Shown: piece by piece, positions 1 through 8,026 of the stretch
Layout of the letters: each line of letters starts with the position of its first letter
Position numbering within the stretch: the first letter of the stretch is position 1
Virus record (IMG/VR): IMGVR_UViG_3300010052_000133
Location: 1 to 42,454 of that record
Length of the DNA stretch: 42,454 nt
Strand: one strand, 5' to 3'
From: a virus
Lineage: Duplodnaviria > Caudoviricetes
Notes under the pieces: model-generated
Seen by the model: the letters and a program-made list of their open reading frames with translations, nothing else
Database searches by the model: none
Told to the model about the DNA's origin: nothing
Program-made: the position numbers and the translations under genes

Positions 1-44
1 TCATAACCCAAAGGTCGTTGGTTCAAATCCAGCCCCCGCAACCA
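1..44 (+). tRNA. 3' part of initiator tRNA-Met(CAT); prophage attachment site, truncated by window edge
   Basis: TCATAACCCAAAGGTCGTTGGTTCAAATCCAGCCCCCGCAACCA: CAT anticodon at 2-4, T-loop GGTTCAAATCC, CCA end at 42-44; resembles the 3' half of bacterial tRNA-fMet. Confidence 0.9.
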
Positions 45-1620
45 CAATTAGAGACTCCGCGCCGGCTGCCTTGAGCAGCCCGGCGGTCGGGTCAGGCAAC
101 CGAGCATAGGTTGCCCCATCCTCCCCCCTCACCAGCTCCACCGGCCCGATGATCTGGGCGATCAACGCGCGCGTGCGCTCACGATCGTCCACGCGCTCGA
201 GCGCCGGCCGCAGGTCGAGCAGCAGCTGCTTGTAGGCTCGCACCGCCTCCGCCATGGAGAGCGCGACCTGGTCGTCGATGCCAGGCGCGGCCTGGGCCTC
301 GATCGCCGCGCGCTCGGCCTCGGCCGCCTGGAGCCGCTGCTGCAACGCAGGGCTGATGCCGATGCTGACGATCGCGTCGACGATGCGGCGGATCTCTTCG
401 TCAAGTGCCTTCGCGCGATCGCGGGCGCCTGCACTTCCGGCGACGGCCTCGCGCCGGCGCTGGGCCAGCAGCTCGCGCACGTCGGCCTGCAGGTCGGCGA
501 CCAAGTCCTGGCCGAGCAGCTCGTCGCGCAGTACCGAAAGCAGTCGACCGTCGACGGCCTCGCGCGGCACCGTGTTGGCGTTCGCGCAAGCAGCGGGGCC
601 GCGATCCTTGTGGATGCTGCAGCCGTAGCGGCTGGAGTTGATCGCCACGATGGGTCCGGCACAGGTCGGGCAGCGCAGCAGGCCACCGAACAGCGTGCGC
701 GCAGGGCGCCCGCCCTTGCGTGACGTCGACGTCGCGGCGCCGCGCACGAGCTGGCCAGCCGCGCGTGCACGCACTGTCGACCAGGTCGCGGCGTCGACGA
801 TGCGCAGCTCAGGCGCCTCGCGCACCTGCCACTCGTGCTGCGGGCGCTCGACATAGCGGCGCTTGCCGGTGTCCGGGTCCTTCAGCCACTGGCGGCGGTT
901 CCAGATGACGCGGCCGACATAGAGCTCGTTGTGCAGCAGCCCGAGGCCGCGCGCCGCGCTGCCGTAGAGCGCGCTGACGGCCCAGGTGCCGCCTCGGGGC
1001 GCCGGCACCGCGCGGCGATTGAGCTCGTGCACGATGGCCGCCGGCGACGCGCCGTCGGCGTAGCGGCTAAAGATCCACCGCACGTGCTCTGCCTCGGTCT
1101 CGTCGATGGCCTGCGCGCGGCCGCCAGGCGCCTCGACCGTGCGATAGCCATAGCTGCGGCCGCCGGCGGACAGGCCGCGATCGAACTGGCCAGCCAGGCC
1201 GCGGTGAGTCTTCTCGCGCAGATCGTCGAGGTAGAGCTCATTGACCAGGCCGCGCGCGATGCGCATGACCTTGCGTCCGCGCGCCTCGGTGTCGTATCCA
1301 TCGGCGGTGCCGATGATGCGGATGCCGCGGTGTTCCAGGCGCTTGACCAGCTGCTCGGCCTCGCCGATCTCGCGGCTGAGCCGGTCCAGGCCTTCGACGA
1401 TCAGCACGTCATAGCGCCTGGCCAGCGCGTCGGCCAGCAGCGCCTTGCCTCCGGGCCTGAGAGCGACGGGCACCGAGCCGCTGATGCCTTCGTCCGCGTG
1501 CCGTGCAACGATCTCCCAGCCTTCTCGCTCCGCGCGCTCGATGGCGCCGCGGAGCTGGTCAGCGATCGAGGTCTCGCGCTGCTTGTCGGTGCTGTACCTC
1601 GCGTACAGGGCGGCTCGCAT
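1..1620 (-). CDS. Large serine recombinase (integrase)
   Basis: N-terminal ALYARYST catalytic motif, DEGISG and DRLSR motifs, recombinase domain, Zn ribbon CPTC...YGC...C, coiled coil; ATG at 1620. Confidence 0.95.
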   Translation of the reverse strand: MRAALYARYSTDKQRETSIADQLRGAIERAEREGWEIVARHADEGISGSVPVALRPGGKALLADALARRYDVLIVEGLDRLSREIGEAEQLVKRLEHRGIRIIGTADGYDTEARGRKVMRIARGLVNELYLDDLREKTHRGLAGQFDRGLSAGGRSYGYRTVEAPGGRAQAIDETEAEHVRWIFSRYADGASPAAIVHELNRRAVPAPRGGTWAVSALYGSAARGLGLLHNELYVGRVIWNRRQWLKDPDTGKRRYVERPQHEWQVREAPELRIVDAATWSTVRARAAGQLVRGAATSTSRKGGRPARTLFGGLLRCPTCAGPIVAINSSRYGCSIHKDRGPAACANANTVPREAVDGRLLSVLRDELLGQDLVADLQADVRELLAQRRREAVAGSAGARDRAKALDEEIRRIVDAIVSIGISPALQQRLQAAEAERAAIEAQAAPGIDDQVALSMAEAVRAYKQLLLDLRPALERVDDRERTRALIAQIIGPVELVRGEDGATYARLPDPTAGLLKAAGAESLIVVAGAGFEPTTFGL

Positions 1621-1735
1621 GGCTGTCGGTCTCCTTGGTGCGCGGGCGATCATAGGCCTGCTGCACGATCTGTTCGGCCAGCAGGCGCACGAGCGCCCGA
1701 CGGGCGGCTTGGCGATCGTGCTGGGGCGTCATCAT
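1559..1735 (-). CDS. Small hypothetical protein, possible recombination directionality factor
   Basis: ATG overlaps upstream stop (ATGA); sits directly before the integrase; function inferred from position only. Confidence 0.45.
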   Translation of the reverse strand: MMTPQHDRQAARRALVRLLAEQIVQQAYDRPRTKETDSHASRPVREVQHRQAARDLDR

Positions 1736-2172
1736 GTCACCGCGCGCGCGGCCTCGAGCTGATTGACCCGACGTTCCGACCACTCGGCCGCCGCGATCGC
1801 GGTGGGCCGGTCGACGAGCTCGGCCAGCTGGTCCATCACGACGACGCCATCCTTGGCCTGCTGATACTCCGGCCCACTGAAGCCGATGCGGCGCGTGCGC
1901 TCATAGCGATCGAGCACGGCGGTGGCCAGGGCGAGCTGCAACTCCATCTCGGGCTCGCCGGTCTGCAGCAGCGTGGCCACGCGCGACCAGGTGAACAGGC
2001 CGCCCACCCAGTGCCACAGCGTGGACTCGTCGGCCAGGCCCTTGGCGATCGCGTCGAGGTTGACCAGGTGCACCATGGCCAGGTCACGCACCTGGTCGTC
2101 AGCCAGGCGTGGGCGGAGGCCGCGCGGAGGCATGGCCACGATGACGCGGCGGCGGCAGCGCTTGCGAGTCAC
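1732..2172 (-). CDS. Phage hypothetical protein
   Basis: GTGA overlap with upstream stop; protein-like sequence (VHLVNLDAIAKG...RIGFSGPEY). Confidence 0.7.
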   Translation of the reverse strand: MTRKRCRRRVIVAMPPRGLRPRLADDQVRDLAMVHLVNLDAIAKGLADESTLWHWVGGLFTWSRVATLLQTGEPEMELQLALATAVLDRYERTRRIGFSGPEYQQAKDGVVVMDQLAELVDRPTAIAAAEWSERRVNQLEAARAVT

Positions 2173-2402
2173 AGCAGCGACTCCTGCGCCGGCTTGGGCT
2201 GTGCGGCGATCCAGGCCTGCACGGCGTTGGCAGCGTCGATGTACTCGCGCGACGGCGTCTTGGTGATCTCCTGGCCAGGAACGTAGGCCGCCCAGATCCG
2301 GTCGCGCAGATGCTTCGGCAAGCGATACCAGTGCGGCTTGCAGCCCCACATCGCTGGCGGGACGGCCTGGGCGCAGCCTGGCCAATGGCAGGTGTGCTTC
2401 AT
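2169..2402 (-). CDS. Small Cys/His putative zinc-binding protein
   Basis: CHWPGC...CKPHW motif; packed in operon. Confidence 0.7.
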   Translation of the reverse strand: MKHTCHWPGCAQAVPPAMWGCKPHWYRLPKHLRDRIWAAYVPGQEITKTPSREYIDAANAVQAWIAAQPKPAQESLL

Positions 2403-2405
2403 TGC

Positions 2406-2594
2406 TCACCCCTTCGCTGTCGCACGTTCCCAGATCTCGTCGAGCTTCTCGATCTGCTTCGGCGAGAGGTGGCGGCCTTCGCCGACTTGGCGCTTGATCG
2501 AGTCGAGGAACTGGCCATCCCACTCGGACAGGCGCGACTCGCGTGCCTCGCAGTCCTCGATGAGCTGCAGGTACTCGGAGGGCCAGTCGCTCAT
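2406..2594 (-). CDS. Phage hypothetical protein
   Basis: MSDWPSEY... start overlaps upstream stop (ATGA). Confidence 0.7.
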   Translation of the reverse strand: MSDWPSEYLQLIEDCEARESRLSEWDGQFLDSIKRQVGEGRHLSPKQIEKLDEIWERATAKG

Positions 2595-2776
2595 TTGAAG
2601 ATTCCCCACAGCGCCCAGCTGACCGCGGAGAGGGCAAGCACCGGCACCAGTGCAAAGATGGTGCTCAGGCCCGCGAACATGCCCCAGTCATCGCGACCGA
2701 CCCAGAAGAAGGCCCAGGCCAGGCCGACGACGGTGATCACGAGCGGAATCCACCAGGTGGCGAAGGTGATCGTCAT
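2591..2776 (-). CDS. Small membrane protein (two hydrophobic segments)
   Basis: 61 aa, two hydrophobic stretches, ATGA overlaps at both ends. Confidence 0.7.
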   Translation of the reverse strand: MTITFATWWIPLVITVVGLAWAFFWVGRDDWGMFAGLSTIFALVPVLALSAVSWALWGIFK

Positions 2777-4470
2777 GCTCCGGCTCCCTCAAGCATGTCG
2801 GCCTGCGCACCGCTCCCGCCGGCGGAGCCGGCGTCGTCGGTCTGATCTTCGTCTTCCTTCTCGCCCCGCGCCGCCATCGCGAGCACGTCGACGCCGTAGC
2901 GTTGCGCCAGCGCCAGCTTCTTCTCGGCTTGGTGGCCATAGCCGACCGGCGCTTGCTCGAGCGACAGCAGCACCAGCAGGCGCCCGAGCTCGTCGCCACC
3001 CATCGCTTCCGTCTTCGCGGCCACGAAGGCCACCATGTCATCGTAAGCAAGCGAATCGAGCTCCGCGGTCCAGCCGAGGATCTCGGCGGTGTCAGCGGGG
3101 ATGTCATCGAAGAACTCGAAGAACACGGCCACCAGCAGGCGTAGCTCGTCGAGCGTGCGGTCGCTCGTCGAGACCCGCCGCATGATCTCGCGCCGCACGC
3201 GGGCCCACAGCAGCCATTGGTCGAACGCCTTGATCTCGGGCGGTCGCTCGTCGGGGCCGTCCGCCTCTTGCTCCTCGTCGTCGCCACTCCTCTGCGCTTG
3301 CGCAGCAGGCGAAGGGGTAGGAACGCCCAGCGCGGTCAGCAGCTTCTCGGCCTGGTCGGTCGTGATCAGGTCGAGGAGTGTGTCTTCCTCGTGCGGGCTG
3401 ACCAGCAGCGTGGGCTTCGGCGCCTTCTTGCCGGCGCGCTCCAGGGCTTCGCGCCACGTCACCTGGCGATGCGTCTCCAGCGTGCCGTCGGTGCTCTCCA
3501 GCTCGGAGAACGCAACGCCGTCGAGGCTCTTGTAGCCCTCCGGCCGACTCCAGTGGTGAGGCAACACTGCCTTGGCCTCGTCGTTCTCGAGCACGGGTCG
3601 GCCGGCCTTCCTGGCAGCGACGATGACACGTTGCCGGGCCGCCTCCTTCTTCACGTCGAAGCACACGGGATCGGTGCAGGTGTCGGGGTCGAGCTCGGAC
3701 GCGAGGTCCGGGTCGTTGCCGGCGCGCTTCGGGCAGGTTGTGCAGGCGCCTGCTCGTTCCGCGAGCTTCGTGTCGGCAAGGTCGAAGGACACGTCGACCA
3801 GCAGCACGACGTACCGGGACAGCAGCTGCTTCGATTCGCGGTCGCTGGCCCAGCCGGCGGGCACCATATCGCCGGTCGCTGGGTCGTAAACGGTCTTGTG
3901 CAGTTCCTTCAGCGCCTTGACTTGCAGCTTGTGCGACGCCAGGCGCGCGATGCGCGTGCCGATCTCGCCGCCCAGGCCGCCCGTGAGGCAGGCCTCGCGC
4001 ACCTCGGGCGCCGCACTGGCCAGGCGGATGCGCCCGTACACATAGCTGCGGCTCTTGCCGGTGCGCTTGACCAGGTCGTCGACCTTGACCTTGTGCACGC
4101 TGGCCAGCTCGGCCAGGCCGTCAGCCTCCTCGATGGGGTTCACGTCCTCGCGGTGCAAGTTCTCGTGGATCTGCATCACCCGCACCTGCTCGTCATCGAG
4201 ATCTCGCACCACGCAAGGGATGTCGAGCAGCTTGGCCAGCAGCGACGCGCGATAGCGGCGGTGGCCGACGACGATCTCGTGCGTGACCTGCAGGTTGCGC
4301 TGGTCGCCGGGCCGGTTGGGCGCCGGCCGCACGATGATCGGCTCGATGACGCCCTGGCTGGCGATGCTGAGCGACAGCTCGCCCAGCGAGGCCGCATCGA
4401 AGTGGCGGCGGGGATTGGTCGGGCTCTCGCGCAGGCAGTCGAGCTCAATGCGGATGATGGTCTCGTCCAT
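2773..4470 (-). CDS. ParB/Spo0J-family protein (ParB N-terminal domain, HTH, Cys cluster, long C-terminus)
   Basis: NPRRHF, VIEPIIVRP, IVVGHRRYRAS (GxRR patch), ENLHREDVNPIEEA, HTH-like VDDLVKRTGKSRSYV, CTTCPKR...CTDPVC. Confidence 0.9.
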   Translation of the reverse strand: MDETIIRIELDCLRESPTNPRRHFDAASLGELSLSIASQGVIEPIIVRPAPNRPGDQRNLQVTHEIVVGHRRYRASLLAKLLDIPCVVRDLDDEQVRVMQIHENLHREDVNPIEEADGLAELASVHKVKVDDLVKRTGKSRSYVYGRIRLASAAPEVREACLTGGLGGEIGTRIARLASHKLQVKALKELHKTVYDPATGDMVPAGWASDRESKQLLSRYVVLLVDVSFDLADTKLAERAGACTTCPKRAGNDPDLASELDPDTCTDPVCFDVKKEAARQRVIVAARKAGRPVLENDEAKAVLPHHWSRPEGYKSLDGVAFSELESTDGTLETHRQVTWREALERAGKKAPKPTLLVSPHEEDTLLDLITTDQAEKLLTALGVPTPSPAAQAQRSGDDEEQEADGPDERPPEIKAFDQWLLWARVRREIMRRVSTSDRTLDELRLLVAVFFEFFDDIPADTAEILGWTAELDSLAYDDMVAFVAAKTEAMGGDELGRLLVLLSLEQAPVGYGHQAEKKLALAQRYGVDVLAMAARGEKEDEDQTDDAGSAGGSGAQADMLEGAGA

Positions 4471-4491
4471 GGGGTCTCCGGTGGCGGTGGG

Positions 4492-5625
4492 TCAGGTGGT
4501 GCGAAAGCACCGGGTGAGATCGGCCGCCACGCAGTGCCCGCGCCGGCGCACGGCGTTGGCAAGGCGCGCGCGGTCGGCGTGGCTGTGGCTGGCCTGGCGG
4601 AACAGGCCGAGATAGCTGTTGGCCACCGTGTGCACCTCGGCAGCGGGCAGGTACTCGAGGCGGCGCAGGGCGGTGGCCACGGTGCCGCGGCGGGTGCTGC
4701 GGTGGCCGGGCTTGATGACGTGGCCCACGAAGTCGACGCCGCGCGCCACGGGCTGCAGGATCGTCTTGCGCGGGTTCAGCCGGGCGCCCAGGCGCTCGGG
4801 CAGGAAGGCGCCGATCCTGACCAGTGCGGCGTTCAACCAGGCCGCGCTCTCGTGCAGCAGCACGAAGTCGTCGACGTATCGCACGTAGCGGCGGGCGCGC
4901 ACCTGGTGCTTGACGAACTGGTCGAGCGCGTCGAGGTGCACGTTCGCGAAGAACTGGCTGCTCAGGTTGCCGATCGGCAGGCCGGTGTCGGCCGGCGCGT
5001 TGAACAGGCTCTTGTGCGGCGGCACCAGGCGCAGCAGCTCGGGCCGGCCACGCAGCTCCACGTCGGCCCGCGGGTCGTGGAACAGGATGGTGTGGGTGAG
5101 CTGCCGCCACCAGGCCTCGGCGTCGGCCGAGATCCGCGCGGCCAGCTGGTCGAACAGCGTGGGCTTGTCGATCGCCACGAAGAAGTTGGCCAGGTCGCAC
5201 TTGAGGTAGTGCGCCGGCCGCTGCCAGTTCTGGGTGATGCCGCGCACGTCGTGCTCCAGGCGCCGGGCGGCGTACAGGGTGCCGCGGCCGGGAATGCAGG
5301 CGCTGCTGCCGGCCGCGAAGGCCGCGTGGAAGCGCGGCGCGATGTGGTTGTAAAGCAGGTGGTGGACGATGCGGTCGCGGAAGTCGGCGGCCCACACTTC
5401 GCGGGGCTTGGGGCGGGTGACGACGAAGCAGATGCTGCGGCCGGGCCGGTAGCTGCCGTCGACGAGCTGCTCGTGCAGCTCGCACAGGTTGTGCTCGAGA
5501 CGGGACTCGAAGGCGAGCGCGCTGGTGCTGTTGCGCTTGTTGCGGCGACAGTCCAGGTAGGCCAGCACCAGCTGCTCGAAGGGGAACGGGCTTGAATCTG
5601 CGGACGGCTCGGGCGCGGGCCTCAT
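4492..5625 (-). CDS. DGR reverse transcriptase (alternative start at 5877)
   Basis: FRDRIVHH, LKCDLANFF, GLPIGNLSSQFFAN (DGR-type GxxxSQ), YVRYVDDF, GVDFVGH; no maturase or endonuclease tail; start uncertain. Confidence 0.93.
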   Translation of the reverse strand: MRPAPEPSADSSPFPFEQLVLAYLDCRRNKRNSTSALAFESRLEHNLCELHEQLVDGSYRPGRSICFVVTRPKPREVWAADFRDRIVHHLLYNHIAPRFHAAFAAGSSACIPGRGTLYAARRLEHDVRGITQNWQRPAHYLKCDLANFFVAIDKPTLFDQLAARISADAEAWWRQLTHTILFHDPRADVELRGRPELLRLVPPHKSLFNAPADTGLPIGNLSSQFFANVHLDALDQFVKHQVRARRYVRYVDDFVLLHESAAWLNAALVRIGAFLPERLGARLNPRKTILQPVARGVDFVGHVIKPGHRSTRRGTVATALRRLEYLPAAEVHTVANSYLGLFRQASHSHADRARLANAVRRRGHCVAADLTRCFRTT

Positions 5626-5698
5626 AGCCCTTGTCGTTGTTGTTCTGGTTGCCGTTGTTGAAGTTCTGGTTCCAGGCGTTGTCGGCCGAGTACTGCGT
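5594..5698 (-). repeat. DGR template repeat (TR), 105 bp
   Basis: Minus strand reads TQYSADNAWNQNFNNGNQNNNDKGYEARARAVRRF in the VR frame with 9 AAC codons; ungapped match to 6271-6375 and 6837-6941. Confidence 0.97.
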
Positions 5699-5873
5699 CG
5701 GTGCGTGCTATCCACGTCGCCGCGCCGAAGGCCCTGCGGGCCGATCAGCGGGGCGACTGCGCCGGACCCTTGCTGCCCGGAGGCAGGGGTATCCGTGGTG
5801 CGCCTGTCGGTGCCCTCGTGAGGCAGCGGCACGACCAGATTCAAATTGCGCACGGGCATGGGGGCCTTGACCG

Positions 5874-6242
5874 TCATGCTGCAGGCGCCTTGCGGTGCGA
5901 TGCGCTCTTGAGCCACCCGCCGCCCTGCTTGCCGATGCTGTCGAGCAGCTGCACCGACGTGGCCCACAGCCGCGGCGAGAGGTGCCGGCAGTCGTGGCTC
6001 ACCCGGAACAGGATCTGCGCCGACCGCACGTGCTTGAGCAGCGCGGCGATGTGCGCCGCTCGCTCCTCGCGCTGCGTGGCGTTGGCCATCGCCATGCGGT
6101 CGAGCATTTCCATGCAATGCTGGTTGATCTTCTCGCCCAGCGTGCGCTTCACACTGCGGGGCATCTGCGCTTGCGCATTGACGGCGAGGGTCACGAGCTC
6201 GACGCCCGTCTTGTAGATCGGGAGATCGGTGTGCAGGGCCAT
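5874..6242 (-). CDS. avd: DGR accessory variability determinant (Avd-like four-helix bundle)
   Basis: 122 aa basic helical protein LHTDLPIYK...MPRSVKRTLG...IGKQGGGWLK between target and TR, the canonical avd position. Confidence 0.88.
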   Translation of the reverse strand: MALHTDLPIYKTGVELVTLAVNAQAQMPRSVKRTLGEKINQHCMEMLDRMAMANATQREERAAHIAALLKHVRSAQILFRVSHDCRHLSPRLWATSVQLLDSIGKQGGGWLKSASHRKAPAA

Positions 6243-6261
6243 GGCTCAAAGGACCGAAGGA

Positions 6262-6789
6262 TCAAACGGTGAATCTGCGGACGGCTCGGGCGCGGGCCTC
6301 ATAGCCCTTGTCGTCGTTGGTCTGGCTGCCGCCGCCGAAGTACTGGAACCAGGCGTCGCCGGCCGAGCACTGCGTGCCGGTCCAGTACCAGGGGCTGGTC
6401 TCGAAGCGGTCCCGCAGGTTGGCGTACAGCAGCGCGCTCTCGAAGCGTGTCGGCAGCCTGAAGTCGGTGTGGCCATCTGTGCACACGCTGGCGGCCCACT
6501 CGACGGCGGCCTGCCACTTGAACTTGCTGCCGGTGTCGACCTCGGCCAGCACCAGGTGCGCGTCGGGCTGGCCGTCCTCGCCGCGCGAGACGCCGGCATA
6601 GATGCCGCCCATGCCGGGCCACACGGCGCCGATCGCCGGCGGCGTGAGGGTCGAGATCGCGCTGACCTGGCCGGCCTCGGGCTCCGAGTATCTGTAGCGC
6701 TCGACCAGGCTTGATAAGGGCGCGTCGGCGAGGCCGGCGCTAATAGGCGACGGGGCGTGAATGTTGATGGTGACGTTGGCGATGCGCAC
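6262..6789 (-). CDS. DGR target protein 1, DUF1566/Lcl-type CLec-fold domain
   Basis: GHTDFRLPTRFE...YWTGTQ...AW...RAVRRF; C-terminal VR1; GTG start preceded by GGAGG; no signal peptide apparent. Confidence 0.9.
   Translation of the reverse strand: MRIANVTINIHAPSPISAGLADAPLSSLVERYRYSEPEAGQVSAISTLTPPAIGAVWPGMGGIYAGVSRGEDGQPDAHLVLAEVDTGSKFKWQAAVEWAASVCTDGHTDFRLPTRFESALLYANLRDRFETSPWYWTGTQCSAGDAWFQYFGGGSQTNDDKGYEARARAVRRFTV
6271..6375 (-). repeat. DGR variable repeat VR1
   Basis: 13 mismatches to TR, all at TR adenines on the coding strand; encodes TQCSAGDAWFQYFGGGSQTNDDKGYEARARAVRRF. Confidence 0.97.
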
Positions 6790-6824
6790 GGCTGTGCCTC
6801 CCTGTGAGAAAAGGATTGAAGGAT

Positions 6825-7433
6825 TCAAGCGAGAAGGAATCTGCGGACGGCTCGGGCGCGGGCCTCATAGCCCTCGTCGTAGCCGTTCTGGTTGCCGTAG
6901 TCGAAGCCCTGGCTCCAGGCGCCGTCGGCCGAGTACTGCGTGCTCGACCAGTGCCACACGGGCTCGAAGGCCTCGGCGCCGCCGGCGCGGAACTCTTCGC
7001 TGGCGGTCTGTGCAGGCGCCTGTGCGGTGTACGGGTAGCCCGCCGGCGCGCTGCTCGGGTTGTCGCCGCTGCGGAAATAGCAGTAGTTCTCGCGCGCGGT
7101 CGGCTTGAGGTAGCGGTAGAGCAGCTCGAGCTCGTCGCGGCTGGGCAGGTACCAGTCGCTGTGGCCGTTGATCTCCAGCGCGCGGGCCCACTTCGCGAGC
7201 TTGCTGCCGGCCTCGGCCATGGCGTTGGTGTTGGCCAGGCCGTCCCAGTAGCTGCCGGCGCCTTCGATGAGCTTGCTGCGGCCGGTCGACCACTTGCCCT
7301 CGGTCTCGCCGAGGGCCTTGGGTGCGACGACGAGCGCGTAGCGCACGCCGGCGGGCGTGACGATGGCGCCGGGGACGAGGATGCCGCCGTGGTGCATGGC
7401 GGTGGCGGGCGCGGTGGCCTGTTCGGTGGTCAT
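6825..7433 (-). CDS. DGR target protein 2, DUF1566/Lcl-type CLec-fold domain
   Basis: DGLANTNAM...GHSDWYLPSRDELE...WSSTQYS...RAVRRF; C-terminal VR2; no signal peptide apparent. Confidence 0.92.
   Translation of the reverse strand: MTTEQATAPATAMHHGGILVPGAIVTPAGVRYALVVAPKALGETEGKWSTGRSKLIEGAGSYWDGLANTNAMAEAGSKLAKWARALEINGHSDWYLPSRDELELLYRYLKPTARENYCYFRSGDNPSSAPAGYPYTAQAPAQTASEEFRAGGAEAFEPVWHWSSTQYSADGAWSQGFDYGNQNGYDEGYEARARAVRRFLLA
6837..6941 (-). repeat. DGR variable repeat VR2
   Basis: 11 mismatches to TR, all at TR adenines; encodes TQYSADGAWSQGFDYGNQNGYDEGYEARARAVRRF. Confidence 0.97.
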
Positions 7434-8026
7434 TGGTGGGCTCCGGGTTGGGCGCTGCTGCGCCGGGTTGATGGCTCGGCGAGCAGCGCCTCGATGCGCT
7501 CATGCAGCTGCTCGGCCGTGCCGCTGTTGAGAAGACAGGCGTCGGGCTCGGCCGCGCCAAGGGCGCTCTCGCTGACGTGGTCGCGCACGGGCCCGATGCC
7601 GTGGCGAAGCAGCTGCCAGATCACGCCGTCGGCGGCGCGCAGCAGCTGGAGCTCGTTGGGGAAGCGCACGTCGGTCACCACGAAATGGGTGCCGCCGCGC
7701 CGGGTGCAGTGCGTGGCGAGCAGGTCGAGCCAGAACTCGGTGCCCAGGACATTGCGGCCCCACTCGGTGCCCAGCGTCTGCGCCAGCTCGCGATAGCTGC
7801 GGCCGATGCCTGGGATGGGCTGCTCCTTGAGCTCGCGCTCGGTCATCCAGCCGCTGTGCTCGCCGACGTAGCCGAGCAGGCCGCCGAGCATGGCGCGGAT
7901 CGGCGCAGCGAACGACACGATGCGGTAGCCGTGCGCCTGCTCGAGGTAGCGCGCCGCGGTGTCTTTGCCGCTGCCGGCCGGGCCGGTGAGCCCGATGAGG
8001 CTGGGCAGGTAGCGCGTGGTGCTCAT
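7430..8026 (-). CDS. Deoxynucleotide monophosphate kinase
   Basis: Walker A GLTGPAGSGKDT, SFAAPIR, RELAQTLGTEWGR, VVTDVRFPNE, HVSE motifs. Confidence 0.88.
   Translation of the reverse strand: MSTTRYLPSLIGLTGPAGSGKDTAARYLEQAHGYRIVSFAAPIRAMLGGLLGYVGEHSGWMTERELKEQPIPGIGRSYRELAQTLGTEWGRNVLGTEFWLDLLATHCTRRGGTHFVVTDVRFPNELQLLRAADGVIWQLLRHGIGPVRDHVSESALGAAEPDACLLNSGTAEQLHERIEALLAEPSTRRSSAQPGAHQ

Larger units (their letters stand above)
4492..7433 (-). mobile_element. Diversity-generating retroelement: target2 - target1 - avd - TR - RT
   Basis: RT, Avd-like gene, AAC-rich template repeat and two variable repeats differing from TR only at TR adenines. Confidence 0.97.

Noticed and set aside
809-1135. 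CAGGCGCCTCG at about 810 and 1125 as palindrome sites
   Set aside because: Neither has an intact GTGCAGGC or GCCTGCAC half-site; likely chance GC-rich matches.
835-5595. Long plus-strand ORFs (835-2286, 3217-5595) and similar ones such as 20732-23062 and 28323-30227 on minus
   Set aside because: Antisense shadows of real genes, expected in high-GC DNA; no recognisable motifs.
4492-5625. RT as a group II intron or retron
   Set aside because: GNLSSQ motif, adjacent avd and adenine-specific TR/VR pairs identify a DGR; no maturase domain or msr-msd arrangement seen.
5878-6249. N-terminal extension of the 585-aa RT ORF
   Set aside because: It overlaps avd in another frame and reads as non-protein-like sequence.
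5594-6941. CRISPR array or simple tandem duplication
   Set aside because: Three 105-bp copies with A-specific differences inside genes, with no repeat-spacer periodicity and no cas genes.
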